From Acidimicrobiaceae bacterium (GTDB lineage: Bacteria > Actinomycetota > Acidimicrobiia > Acidimicrobiales > Bog-793): a stretch of DNA of 64,000 nucleotides. Below the pieces are notes generated by a model. It did no database searches, had not been told where the DNA came from, and saw only the letters and a program-made list of their open reading frames with translations. The stretch spans positions 3,241-67,240 of the forward strand of contig DAHWHN010000034.1 in assembly GCA_027335685.1 (NCBI GenBank). The letters run 5' to 3'. Both the position numbers and the translations under genes were made by a program. Of the stretch, positions 1-8,210 are shown one piece after another; position 1 is the stretch's first letter; every line of letters starts with the position of its first letter.

Positions 1-587
1 TGAGCGACGAGATCCACGCGGACCTGACGCTTGCCGGGGCGACGCACGTGGCGTTCGCGTCGCTCGGCCCGGAGGTGGCCGCTCGCACGGTGACTCTCTC
101 CTCGGCGAGCAAGGCGTTCAACGTCGCCGGCTTGCGGTGCGCCGTCGCGGCCTTCGGCAGCGAGGCACTGCGCGAGCGTTTCGAGCGGTTCCCCGCGCAC
201 GCACGCGGGAGCGTCTCGGTGGTCGGGATGGTCGCGGCGCTCGCAGCCTGGGAGCAGGCCGGCACGTGGCTCGAGGCCGTCCGCGCGCACCTCGCGGCCA
301 ACCGCGAGCTCGTGTCGGCCTTCGCCGAGCGTTACGTCCCGGCCACCTACCGCCCGCCGGAGGCGACCTACCTCGCCTGGCTCGACCTCGGCGCGTACGG
401 TCTCGGCGACGACCCGACCGCGTGGCTTCGGGCCAACGCGCGCGTCGCCCTCTCGCCGGGACCGGACTTCGGGGTCGAAGGGCGTGGCTTCGCCCGGCTC
501 AACTTCGCGACGCCGAGGCCCGTCCTCGAGGAGATGCTCGAACGCCTCGGAGCAGCCCTCGGCGGCCGAGGCCCGTCGACCCGCTGA
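1..587 (+). CDS. PLP-dependent aminotransferase / C-S lyase (MalY/PatB-like), C-terminal part; 5' end lies outside the window
   Basis: Frame 3 is open from the window edge. Translation SDEIHADLTLAGATHVAFASLG...LSSASKAFNVAGLR carries the SxSK PLP-lysine context typical of class I/II aminotransferases. Stop codon at 585-587. Confidence 0.8.
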   Translation, partial: SDEIHADLTLAGATHVAFASLGPEVAARTVTLSSASKAFNVAGLRCAVAAFGSEALRERFERFPAHARGSVSVVGMVAALAAWEQAGTWLEAVRAHLAANRELVSAFAERYVPATYRPPEATYLAWLDLGAYGLGDDPTAWLRANARVALSPGPDFGVEGRGFARLNFATPRPVLEEMLERLGAALGGRGPSTR

Positions 588-650
588 GCTTCGCCCGAGT
601 CGGTGGCCCAAACCGGGCGCGGGCCGGGCGCAAGCGTGGCCCGTCGGTGG

Positions 651-1355
651 TCAGCCGGCGAAGCGCGCCGCCCACTGCTCGCGGCTTTGCGGGAAGAGCA
701 CGGGGTTGGTCGCCACGAGCGTGCCGAGCGGCGCGCTCGGGCTCGGGTCGTAGGCGTGACCCGCCATCACGACCGTCGACGGCGGCAGGGCCGCGAGGCG
801 GTGGACGAGGCTCTCGTAGAGCGCCGCCGCGTCGCCGCCGGGCAGGTCTGTCCGACCGCATCCGTGCAAGAAGAGCGTGTCGCCGGTGAGCAGGGTGCCG
901 TCGACGAGGAGGCACTGGCTCCCGGGGGTGTGGCCAGGGGTGTGCACGAGCTCGACGCGCACGGCACCGACCACGACCTCGTCGCCGGGGTCGTGCGCGA
1001 CGAGGTGGTCCCGGCCGACACCGCTCGTGCGCTCCACCCAGGGCTGCTCGGACGACTGGACGTGGACGGGGACGTCGACGACGCCGAGCAGCTCGGCGAT
1101 CCCCGCGAGGTCCTGGCCCGCCATCGTGCCGCCGGCGTGGTCTGCGTGGTAGTGCGTGAGCACCGCGCCGGTGACGCGCATGTCGTCGGCTGCGAGCAGC
1201 TCGACGAGCTCGCCCGGGGCGTAGGCGGGGTCGACGAGCACCGCCACCCCGGCTGCGCGGTCGCCGATCGCGTAGGCGTAGTTGCGCATCTGCACGGCCA
1301 GGTCGTCGTCGAGCGCGAAGTCCCGGCCGGCGAGGAACTGGCGCAGGTAGAGCAC
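651..1355 (-). CDS. MBL-fold metallo-hydrolase (hydroxyacylglutathione hydrolase-like)
   Basis: C-terminal 234 aa of the 597-aa ORF. Contains THYHADHAGG (HxHxDH metal motif), then HTPGHTPGS and GDTLF..GCGRTD. Start set at GTG 1355 (MLYLRQF...) because the upstream part of the ORF is an Arg/Pro-rich shadow overlapping the helicase gene. Confidence 0.8.
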   Translation of the reverse strand: MLYLRQFLAGRDFALDDDLAVQMRNYAYAIGDRAAGVAVLVDPAYAPGELVELLAADDMRVTGAVLTHYHADHAGGTMAGQDLAGIAELLGVVDVPVHVQSSEQPWVERTSGVGRDHLVAHDPGDEVVVGAVRVELVHTPGHTPGSQCLLVDGTLLTGDTLFLHGCGRTDLPGGDAAALYESLVHRLAALPPSTVVMAGHAYDPSPSAPLGTLVATNPVLFPQSREQWAARFAG

Positions 1356-1390
1356 GCCGGTTCTCGTGCCGGCCTCGCCGCCCGTGCTGC

Positions 1391-2578
1391 TCAACGCGCC
1401 GCGCCTGCGTCCTGGCTGCCGGCGCGTACCCAGCCGGCGAGGTCCTTGAGGCGCGGGTCGTTCGAGAAGACCTCGAAGGTGCCGAGGCCGAGCCCGAGGC
1501 GCCGCTGCAGCCGCTCGAGGGCGAGCTGCTGGTCCCAGAGCACGAGCGTCACGACGATCCCGCTCTCGCCCGCCCGCGCGGTCCGCCCCGAGCGGTGGAG
1601 GTAGGCCTTGTGGTCCTCCGGCGGGTCGTAGTGGACGACGACGTCGACGCCGTCGATGTCGAGGCCGCGTGCCGCGACGTCCGTCGCGACGAGGGTCCCG
1701 AGCTTGCCGGTCGCGAAGTCGCCGAGCCCCCGCTCGCGCAGGCCCTGCCGCAGGTCGCCGTGGATCGCTGCGGCGCGCACGCCGTTCTCGCGCATCTCGG
1801 CGACGAGGCGGTCGACGCCGCGTTTCGTGCGGACGAAAAAGAGCGACTTCTCCGCGCCGAGCGCGATCGACGACGCGACCTTTGCCTTGTCGAGCTGGTG
1901 GACCTTCAAGAACAGGTGGTCCATCCGGTCCACCGTCACGTTGCTCGACTGGATCTCCTGGAAGACCGGGTCGCGCAGGTAGCGCCTGACGAGCTGGTCG
2001 ACGGCCGAGTCGAGGGTCGCGGAGAACAGCAGGGTCTGGCGGTCCGCGGTCATGTGCCGGAGCAGCCACTCGACCTGCGGCATGAAGCCCATGTCCGCCA
2101 TCCGGTCCGCCTCGTCGACGACGAGCGTGGTGACGTGCGAGAGGTCGATCGCCCTGCGGTCGACGACGTCGATGAGGCGCCCGGGCGTCGCGACGACGAC
2201 GTCGAGCCCGCGCTCGATCGTGCGGACCTGCTTGTCGAGGTCCGCCCCGCCGTAGACGGCACCGACCCTCCGGTCGATCGAGGCGCCGAGAGGCTCGAGG
2301 ACCTCGGTGACCTGGACGGCGAGCTCGCGGGTCGGCACGATGACGAGCGACAGCGGTCGGCTCGCGGCGGCGCGTGGTGTACGCATGAGCATCGGCAGCC
2401 CGAACGCGAGCGTCTTGCCGGACCCGGTCTTGGCCTTGCCGCACACGTCCCGGCCGGCGAGCGCGTCGGGGATCGTGAGCGCCTGGACGGCGAAGGGCGT
2501 CTCGATGCCGGCCGCCTGCAGGCAGGCGACGAGCCGCGGGTCGACGCCGAGGTCGGCAAAGGACGGGAGCGCGCTCAT
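1391..2578 (-). CDS. DEAD-box ATP-dependent RNA helicase
   Basis: Has SFADLGV...TPFAVQ (Q-motif region), AKTGSGKT (Walker A), VVDEADRM (DEAD box), SAT and HRSGRTARAG. ATG at 2578 (MSALPSFADLG) preferred over the ORF-track start at 2713. Confidence 0.9.
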   Translation of the reverse strand: MSALPSFADLGVDPRLVACLQAAGIETPFAVQALTIPDALAGRDVCGKAKTGSGKTLAFGLPMLMRTPRAAASRPLSLVIVPTRELAVQVTEVLEPLGASIDRRVGAVYGGADLDKQVRTIERGLDVVVATPGRLIDVVDRRAIDLSHVTTLVVDEADRMADMGFMPQVEWLLRHMTADRQTLLFSATLDSAVDQLVRRYLRDPVFQEIQSSNVTVDRMDHLFLKVHQLDKAKVASSIALGAEKSLFFVRTKRGVDRLVAEMRENGVRAAAIHGDLRQGLRERGLGDFATGKLGTLVATDVAARGLDIDGVDVVVHYDPPEDHKAYLHRSGRTARAGESGIVVTLVLWDQQLALERLQRRLGLGLGTFEVFSNDPRLKDLAGWVRAGSQDAGAAR

Positions 2579-2672
2579 CAGGTCAAGTGTGCCACCTTGG
2601 GGGGAGGGCTGGTCGGCGTGTGTATCCTCCGTCCGCGTGGCGCGTTGCGCGCCGCAGTCTGGAGGGGTGCCG

Positions 2673-3137
2673 ATGGCCAAGCTCGCAGCCGGAGACGATG
2701 CTCCCGCCTTCACCTTGCCCGACCAGGACGGCGTGGCGGTGTCGCTCGCCGACGTCGCCGGGAGCCGGGTCGTCCTCTATTTCTACCCGGCAGACGACAC
2801 GCCGGGTTGCACGAAAGAGGCGTGCCAGTTCAACGACCGGCTGGCCGAGTTCTCGCGATCGGGCGTCGAGGTCCTCGGGATCTCGCCGGACGGGGACGAG
2901 TCGCACCGGGCGTTCCGCGAGCGCTACGGCCTCGGTGTGCGCCTGCTGACCGATGGCGACCACGCGGTGATGGGGCGCTACGGCGCCTGGGGCGAGAAGA
3001 CGCTCTACGGCCGCACGTCCGTCGGCGTCATCCGCTCGACGTTCCTCGTCGGTCCCGACGGCCGCGTCGAGCGCGCCTGGTACAACGTGCGGGCGGACGG
3101 CCATGCGGCAAAGGTGCTCGAGATCGTGAAGGGCTGA
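2673..3137 (+). CDS. bcp: thioredoxin-dependent thiol peroxidase (BCP/PrxQ peroxiredoxin)
   Basis: APAFTLPDQDG...VVLYFYPADDTPGCTKEAC is the peroxidatic-Cys motif. ATG at 2673 is preceded by GGAGGGG at 2661-2667. Confidence 0.9.
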   Translation: MAKLAAGDDAPAFTLPDQDGVAVSLADVAGSRVVLYFYPADDTPGCTKEACQFNDRLAEFSRSGVEVLGISPDGDESHRAFRERYGLGVRLLTDGDHAVMGRYGAWGEKTLYGRTSVGVIRSTFLVGPDGRVERAWYNVRADGHAAKVLEIVKG

Positions 3138-3141
3138 GGCC

Positions 3142-4260
3142 GTGCCGCCGGAGAAGCCCCAGTGGCGGGAGCTGTTCGCGGAGGTCGTGACGACCGGAGC
3201 GTGCACGGGGTGCGCCGCCTGCGTCGTGACGTGCCCCTACGACGTCCTCGGCTACGACGACGCCGACGGCGTGTACCGGCCGTTCCACGTCGCGCAGGAC
3301 GGGGGAGCCGACGACTGCACGCACGGCCAGCGCGGCTGCACGCTGTGCACGCGGGCGTGCCCGCGCTTTCGCGCCTGGGAGCCGGAGATCGACCAGCACC
3401 TGTTCGGGCGGGTGCGCGCGGAGGACGAGGTGGCGGGCATCAGCCGGGAAGTCGTGCTCGCGCGCGCGACGGACCCGGAGCTGCTCGCGGCGGGCCAGGA
3501 CGGCGGGCTCGTCTCGGCGCTGCTCGTCTACGCCCTCGAGCACGACGTGATCGACGCCGCGCTCGTCTCCTACCTCGAGGGCGACGGCACGACGTGGAAG
3601 GCGATCCCCGGAGTCGCCCGGACGAGGTCCGAGGTCCTCGCGGCGGCGGGCTCCCGGTACACCTACTCGGCGAACACCCTCGCGTACTCCGAGGCCCTCG
3701 CCGCGGGTGCCGAGCGCCTCGGGCTCGTCGGCATGGGCTGCCAGGCCTCGGCGCCGGGCGCGATGGCGGCGCGCAAGGCCGGCAAGGTCGCGCGCCGGTT
3801 CCAGCTCACGATCGGGCTGCTCTGCTCGAAGACCTTCGACGACGCCATCTTCCCCGAGCTGTTCGAGGCCCGCTACGGCCTCGCGCGGGCCGAGATCTCG
3901 AAGATGAACATCAAGGGCGTGTTCCAGGTCTGGATGCGCGACGGCAGCTACCACGAGGTCCCGCTGAAGCACGCGCGGGACTGGACCCGCGAGGGCTGCC
4001 TTAAGTGCCCGGACTTCGCCGCCGAGCACGCGGACGTCTCGGCGGGCGGGATCGGTGCGTTCGGGGACTGGACGCTCACCCTGGTCCGGACCGAGAAGGG
4101 CGCGGACCTGCTCGCGGCGATGGCCGCGGACGGGGCGATCGAGACGCGGCCGGTGGGCGACGATCCTGGCGTCCTCCCGCTTCTCGAGAAGCTCTCGAAC
4201 GTGAGCAGAAAGCGCGGACCGGGCACGACGCGGCGGATGATCCCCGTCGGGACGGGCTGA
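3142..4260 (+). CDS. FrhB/FdhB-family protein (coenzyme F420 hydrogenase/dehydrogenase beta-subunit-like) with an N-terminal 2x[4Fe-4S] ferredoxin domain
   Basis: CTGCAACVVTCP and C..GCTLCTRACP cluster motifs, followed by FrhB-type blocks GQDGGLVSALLVYALEHDVIDAALV, GMGCQASA, IGLLCSKTF and CLKCPDFAAEHADVSAGGIG. GTG start lies 4 nt after the bcp stop. Confidence 0.8.
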   Translation: MPPEKPQWRELFAEVVTTGACTGCAACVVTCPYDVLGYDDADGVYRPFHVAQDGGADDCTHGQRGCTLCTRACPRFRAWEPEIDQHLFGRVRAEDEVAGISREVVLARATDPELLAAGQDGGLVSALLVYALEHDVIDAALVSYLEGDGTTWKAIPGVARTRSEVLAAAGSRYTYSANTLAYSEALAAGAERLGLVGMGCQASAPGAMAARKAGKVARRFQLTIGLLCSKTFDDAIFPELFEARYGLARAEISKMNIKGVFQVWMRDGSYHEVPLKHARDWTREGCLKCPDFAAEHADVSAGGIGAFGDWTLTLVRTEKGADLLAAMAADGAIETRPVGDDPGVLPLLEKLSNVSRKRGPGTTRRMIPVGTG

Positions 4261-4322
4261 GCCGCCACCGGGCCACCACCGGGCCGCGGCCGGCCGGTCC
4301 GGGCCACGCTACGTTGGGCGCC

Positions 4323-5003
4323 ATGGCCACTCGCACCCCGGCAGGCGCGCGACCGACCGTCGTGTGCTTCGTGCGGCACGGCACGACGCCGACCACAGGC
4401 AAGATCCTTCCCGGTCGGGCCAAGGGCCTGCATCTCGCGGAGAGCGGCCTCGCCGAGGCCGACCGCGCCGGAGCCCGGCTCGCCGGCATCGGACCGGTCG
4501 CCGCCCTCTACTGCTCGCCGCTCGAGCGCGCCCGCGAGACGGCCAAGGCCATCGCGCGCCACCTCGCCGTCGCCGTCACGGTCGAGCGTGGGCTGCTCGA
4601 GTGCGACTTCGGGGAGTGGACCGGAGCCGAGCTGGCGGCGCTGCGCAAGCTGCCCGAGTGGGACGCGGTCATCCACCACCCGTCCGGCTTCCGCTTTCCC
4701 GGGGGCGAGTCGTTCGTCGAGCTGCAGGGGCGGATGGCGGCGGCGGTCGAGCGGCTCGTCGAGCGCCACCGGGGCCAGACCGTGGTCGCCGTGTCGCATG
4801 CCGATCCAATCAAGATCGCGGTCGGCGACGCGATGGGCGTGCCGCTCGACCTCGTCCAGCGGACGGTCGTCTCGCCGTGCTCGGTGAGCGTCGTGAGCTA
4901 CGCCCCGGGTGGGCCGGCGGTGCTCGCGGTCAACTCGACCGGCGAGCTGTCCGCTCTCGGCATCGCGGCGAGCGCGCCGGGCGAGCGGGGCAGGCAGGCA
5001 TGA
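4323..5003 (+). CDS. histidine phosphatase (PGAM) superfamily protein, MSMEG_4193-type putative phosphomutase
   Basis: VCFVRHGTT (RHG catalytic motif), SPLERARETA and VAVSHADPIK. ATG at 4323 is residue 107 of the ORF-track ORF; the upstream part is an Arg-rich shadow. Confidence 0.8.
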   Translation: MATRTPAGARPTVVCFVRHGTTPTTGKILPGRAKGLHLAESGLAEADRAGARLAGIGPVAALYCSPLERARETAKAIARHLAVAVTVERGLLECDFGEWTGAELAALRKLPEWDAVIHHPSGFRFPGGESFVELQGRMAAAVERLVERHRGQTVVAVSHADPIKIAVGDAMGVPLDLVQRTVVSPCSVSVVSYAPGGPAVLAVNSTGELSALGIAASAPGERGRQA

Positions 5004-5503
5004 GCGTGTCCTACGAGTTCGACGCCCCGGACGCGGTGACCGTCGGCACGATCGGGCCCGTCGGTTCTCGCGTCTTCCTCCTCCAGGCGCGCGAGGGGTC
5101 GTCGGTCGTGACGATGAAGGTCGAGAAGCAGCAGGTCGGTGCGTTGTCGACGCTCCTCGGACGGCTGCTGCAGGATCTCGCCCGCCCGGGCGAGCTCGAC
5201 GAGAGCGACCTCGCGCTCGACGAGCTCGACGAGCCGTCCTTCGTCGTCGGCGCGCTCGCCGTCTCCTACGACGCCGACGCCGACAGGGTGGTCCTGCTCG
5301 CCGAGGAGCTCGTCGGGGAGGACGACCCCCCCGGGGACGACGCACGCCTCGCGCTGACCCGTGAGCAGGCGGCGGCGCTCGCGATCCAGGGCGCGCGCCT
5401 CGTCGACGCCGGCCGCCCACCGTGTCCGCTGTGCGGGTACCCGCTCGATCCGCGAGGTCACGCGTGCCCGAGGACGAACGGACACCACGCGCCGCTGACG
5501 TGA
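5000..5503 (+). CDS. DUF3090-family protein (conserved actinobacterial, function unknown)
   Basis: MSVSYEFDAPDAVTVGTIGPVGSRVFLLQA... with a C-terminal CPLCGYPLDPRGHACPRTNGH zinc-ribbon-like motif. Its ATG overlaps the upstream stop (ATGA). Confidence 0.75.
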   Translation: MSVSYEFDAPDAVTVGTIGPVGSRVFLLQAREGSSVVTMKVEKQQVGALSTLLGRLLQDLARPGELDESDLALDELDEPSFVVGALAVSYDADADRVVLLAEELVGEDDPPGDDARLALTREQAAALAIQGARLVDAGRPPCPLCGYPLDPRGHACPRTNGHHAPLT

Positions 5504-6228
5504 CGGGCGGCCCGGCCGACAGCCGTCGATCCCGCAACTGGCTCGACGTGCTCGAGGCCGGGGACATCACGGTCGAGGGCCGGATGCCGTGGAGCTCGAA
5601 CGCGACCTTGCTCGTCACGGTCGAGCTTGCCGGCTGCACGACGAGGGCCATCTACAAGCCGGCCGCCGGCGAGCAACCTCTGTGGGACTTCCCCGACGGG
5701 CTCTACCGCCGGGAGGTCGCCGCCTACGAGCTCTCCGTCGCGTGCGGCTTGGGCGTGGTCCCGGAGACGGTGCTGCGGGCCGAGGCGCCGTACGGGGTCG
5801 GGTCGCTCCAGAGGTTCGTCGACGCGGACTTCTCCCAGCACTACTTCACCCTTCTCGAGGATTCCGCCCACGCGTCGGCGCTGCGGCTCGTCGCAGGGTT
5901 CGACCTGCTCGCCAACAACGCCGACCGCAAGGGCGGGCACGTGCTCGTCGACAGCGAGGGGCACGTCTGGGGCATCGACAACGGGCTGTGCTTCCACCCG
6001 GATCCGAAGCTGAGGACGGTCATGTGGGACTTCGCCGGCGAGGAGCTCCCCGCGGCCGTCCTCGACGCCTGCGCCGCAGTCGCGCGCCACGTGCCCGACC
6101 GCCTCGAGCCGCTCCTCGCGCGCGACGAGCTCGACGGGCTCGTACGGCGCGCCGCGGAGCTCCTCGAGTCGAGGACGTTCCCCGAGCCGGACCTCGACGG
6201 CCGCCCCTACCCCTGGCCCCTCGTCTGA
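5500..6228 (+). CDS. SCO1664-family protein (PI3/PI4-kinase-like fold, function unknown)
   Basis: LLANNADRKGGHVLV (catalytic-loop-like DRxxxH) and WGIDNGLCFH (DFG-like IDNG). GTG at 5500 overlaps the DUF3090 stop (GTGA). Confidence 0.75.
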   Translation: MTGGPADSRRSRNWLDVLEAGDITVEGRMPWSSNATLLVTVELAGCTTRAIYKPAAGEQPLWDFPDGLYRREVAAYELSVACGLGVVPETVLRAEAPYGVGSLQRFVDADFSQHYFTLLEDSAHASALRLVAGFDLLANNADRKGGHVLVDSEGHVWGIDNGLCFHPDPKLRTVMWDFAGEELPAAVLDACAAVARHVPDRLEPLLARDELDGLVRRAAELLESRTFPEPDLDGRPYPWPLV

Positions 6229-6264
6229 CCGGTCTCGGCCACCGGGCGGGCTGTCGACCGCCAC

Positions 6265-6301
6265 GACGCGCGGACCGGGACGCGCGGACCGGGACGCGCG
6301 G
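6265..6301. repeat. 14-bp direct tandem repeat (gacgcgcggaccgg x2 plus a 9-nt partial copy)
   Basis: Read directly: 6265-6278 and 6279-6292 are identical, and 6293-6301 repeats the first 9 nt. Intergenic, just downstream of the SCO1664-family gene. Confidence 0.9.
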
Positions 6302-6329
6302 CGGTAGGGGTCCGGGCGATCCTTCGCCG

Positions 6330-6980
6330 ATGACCCCGTCGACACCGACACCACCGCACGCACCGAGGGCGCCGTACACACCGGGAGTGCCGTACACGCC
6401 CGGCACGTCCGGCTCGCCGGTCCCGGCAGGCCCGCTCTCGGCGGCCCCCGAGGCGAGATCCGCGGGACCGGCACGGCTGTTCGCCGAGAGCGCCCTGCTG
6501 CGCGGCGAGGACGTCATGGCCGTCGTCGAGGTCCTCGACGCCGTCGCGTCGCGTCGGGCGCACGTCAGGTGGCGCGCGGCGCGCGGCCGAGCGGCTCCGG
6601 GCAGTCGCCCAGCCCGAGCGGGTCACCGAGACCACCGAGGCCGCCCGGACGGCACGGGCCTCCCGGACCGCGTGGCACGGGCGATCGCTGCCCGCCTCGC
6701 CCCGACCGCCGGTCTCGTGCCCCCGCTGGGTTGGCGCGCCGCCGGAGCTGCCGGCACGGGCCGTAGCCGCCGGTCAACGCTGGGCGCGGCAGCTGTCGCC
6801 ATTCCCCGCGGCGAGGCGCTCGACCTCGTCGCCGACCTCGTCGACCTCGCCGACCACCTCGCCCGCGAGGGCGCCCGCCTCGAGTCCCTCGCCGTCGAGG
6901 CAGCCGCTGGTCGGGTGCTCGAGTCCCTGCTCGGAGCAGGCGCGTTCGAGGTGGGCCGGTCCGCAGCGCCGTCCTCGTGA
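6330..6980 (+). CDS. hypothetical Pro/Ala/Arg-rich protein; frame uncertain
   Basis: ATG-initiated tail of ORF 5589..6980. The N-terminus has PYTPG repeats. Third-position GC is convincing at 6460-6540 and 6800-6980 but drops in the middle, where another frame scores higher by hand count. No recognisable domain. Confidence 0.25.
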   Translation: MTPSTPTPPHAPRAPYTPGVPYTPGTSGSPVPAGPLSAAPEARSAGPARLFAESALLRGEDVMAVVEVLDAVASRRAHVRWRAARGRAAPGSRPARAGHRDHRGRPDGTGLPDRVARAIAARLAPTAGLVPPLGWRAAGAAGTGRSRRSTLGAAAVAIPRGEALDLVADLVDLADHLAREGARLESLAVEAAAGRVLESLLGAGAFEVGRSAAPSS

Positions 6981-7052
6981 CGGCTAGCCGGCGGTCGAGG
7001 ATCTTCACGCGACTGCAACCGGGCCGCGGCGGCGTCGTCGTCGCGGTCGGGC

Positions 7053-7487
7053 ATGATCTCGGTCGTGGAACTACGAGAGATCACCTCGACCGAGACCGGT
7101 ATGGCGGCGTCGGAGGGCCGCTCGCCTGTCGGCGACCGTGTCGCCGGTGGCGTCCGGACCGCCCCGCACCTGCTCGACGCGGCGGTCGACGCCCCGGAGT
7201 TCGTCGTGCTCGAGTCCTGCCACTCGACGTGGATGTTCGATCCGGACAACAAGCGTTTCTGCCGCGTCCTGAAAGGTCCTCTCGGCTCGTCGTCGGTCGC
7301 CACCGAGTGGCGGGCCTACGACCGCCTCGTGCTGCACCCGGAGTCGGATGCCTTCGTCGTCTTCCTCGACGCGTCCGGGACGCGCCTGCTCCGGTCCTGG
7401 CGCCACACGGCGCACTGCGACCAGTGCGGGGGCGAGGTCACGGCCGAGCTGTCCCTCGCCGACCTGCGGCGGGTCACCCGAGCCTGA
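7053..7487 (+). CDS. hypothetical protein (Cys/His/Trp-containing, conserved-looking)
   Basis: 144-aa ORF with consistently high third-position GC. Contains CHSTWMFDPDNKRFCRV and HTAHCDQCGG motifs. An alternative start exists at ATG 7101. Confidence 0.55.
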   Translation: MISVVELREITSTETGMAASEGRSPVGDRVAGGVRTAPHLLDAAVDAPEFVVLESCHSTWMFDPDNKRFCRVLKGPLGSSSVATEWRAYDRLVLHPESDAFVVFLDASGTRLLRSWRHTAHCDQCGGEVTAELSLADLRRVTRA

Positions 7488-7550
7488 GCGGCGGCGCTCG
7501 GCCGCCTGGGCGGCGCACCGGCCGCGCGCCGCGACCCTAGGATCGCGTCG

Positions 7551-8060
7551 ATGACCGACCGCACAGACGACAGCGCCCAGTTCCTCCTCGTCCCCGGTGG
7601 TGACGAGGACGCGCGAGCCGGAGGCCAGCAGTCCTCGGACGAGGCCGAGCGCGGGACGGAGTCGGTCGAGCAGCCGGCGAAGGTCATGCGCGTCGGCTCG
7701 ATGATCAAGCAGCTGCTCGAAGAGGTGCGCCAGGCGCCCCTCGACGGGCCGAGCCGGCAGCGGATGAAGGAGATCTACGAGAGCTCGGTCCGCGAGCTCG
7801 CCGACGGGCTCTCCCCGGACCTCGTCGACGAGCTCGACCGGCTCGCGCTGCCGTTCTCCTCGGACGAGCCGAGCGACGCGGAGATCCGCCTCGCCCAGGC
7901 CCAGCTCGTCGGCTGGCTCGAAGGGCTCTTCCACGGCATCCAGGCGACGCTGTTCGCCCAGCAGATGGCGGCACGCGCCCAGCTCGAAGAGATGCGGCGG
8001 CGCAGCCTGCCCGCGGGCGGCGGCGCGGACGCTCCGGGTCGACCTGGTCCGTACCTCTAG
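7551..8060 (+). CDS. bpa: bacterial proteasome activator (Bpa/PafE family, DUF2587)
   Basis: Core KVMRVGSMIKQLLEEVRQAPLD...LPFS...SDAEIRLAQAQLVGWLEGLFHGIQATLFAQQMAARAQLEEMRR closely matches my recollection of mycobacterial Bpa. The C-terminus ends ...GPYL (a YL-type proteasome docking tail). Confidence 0.8.
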   Translation: MTDRTDDSAQFLLVPGGDEDARAGGQQSSDEAERGTESVEQPAKVMRVGSMIKQLLEEVRQAPLDGPSRQRMKEIYESSVRELADGLSPDLVDELDRLALPFSSDEPSDAEIRLAQAQLVGWLEGLFHGIQATLFAQQMAARAQLEEMRRRSLPAGGGADAPGRPGPYL

Positions 8061-8210
8061 CCCGGACGACCCGCCCCGGCTCGACTTGCCCGGGTCCGGC
8101 CGGGTCGTCGCCGGTCGGCGTCGCGCTATCCTCGCCGGGGGCGGATCACAGTGATGTAGTTCGTCCACAGCAGTGGATAACGCATGTGGACGAGCTGTGG
8201 AGGCGCGTTG

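Noticed and set aside
137-889. Many Arg/Pro/Gly/Ala-rich ORFs throughout the track, for example 137..889, 3948..5651, 20278..22305, 24955..27918 and 34891..36840.
   Set aside because: They are off-frame or antisense translations of real genes, with low-complexity RPGA composition, no motifs and wrong-phase third-position GC. None is reported as a gene.
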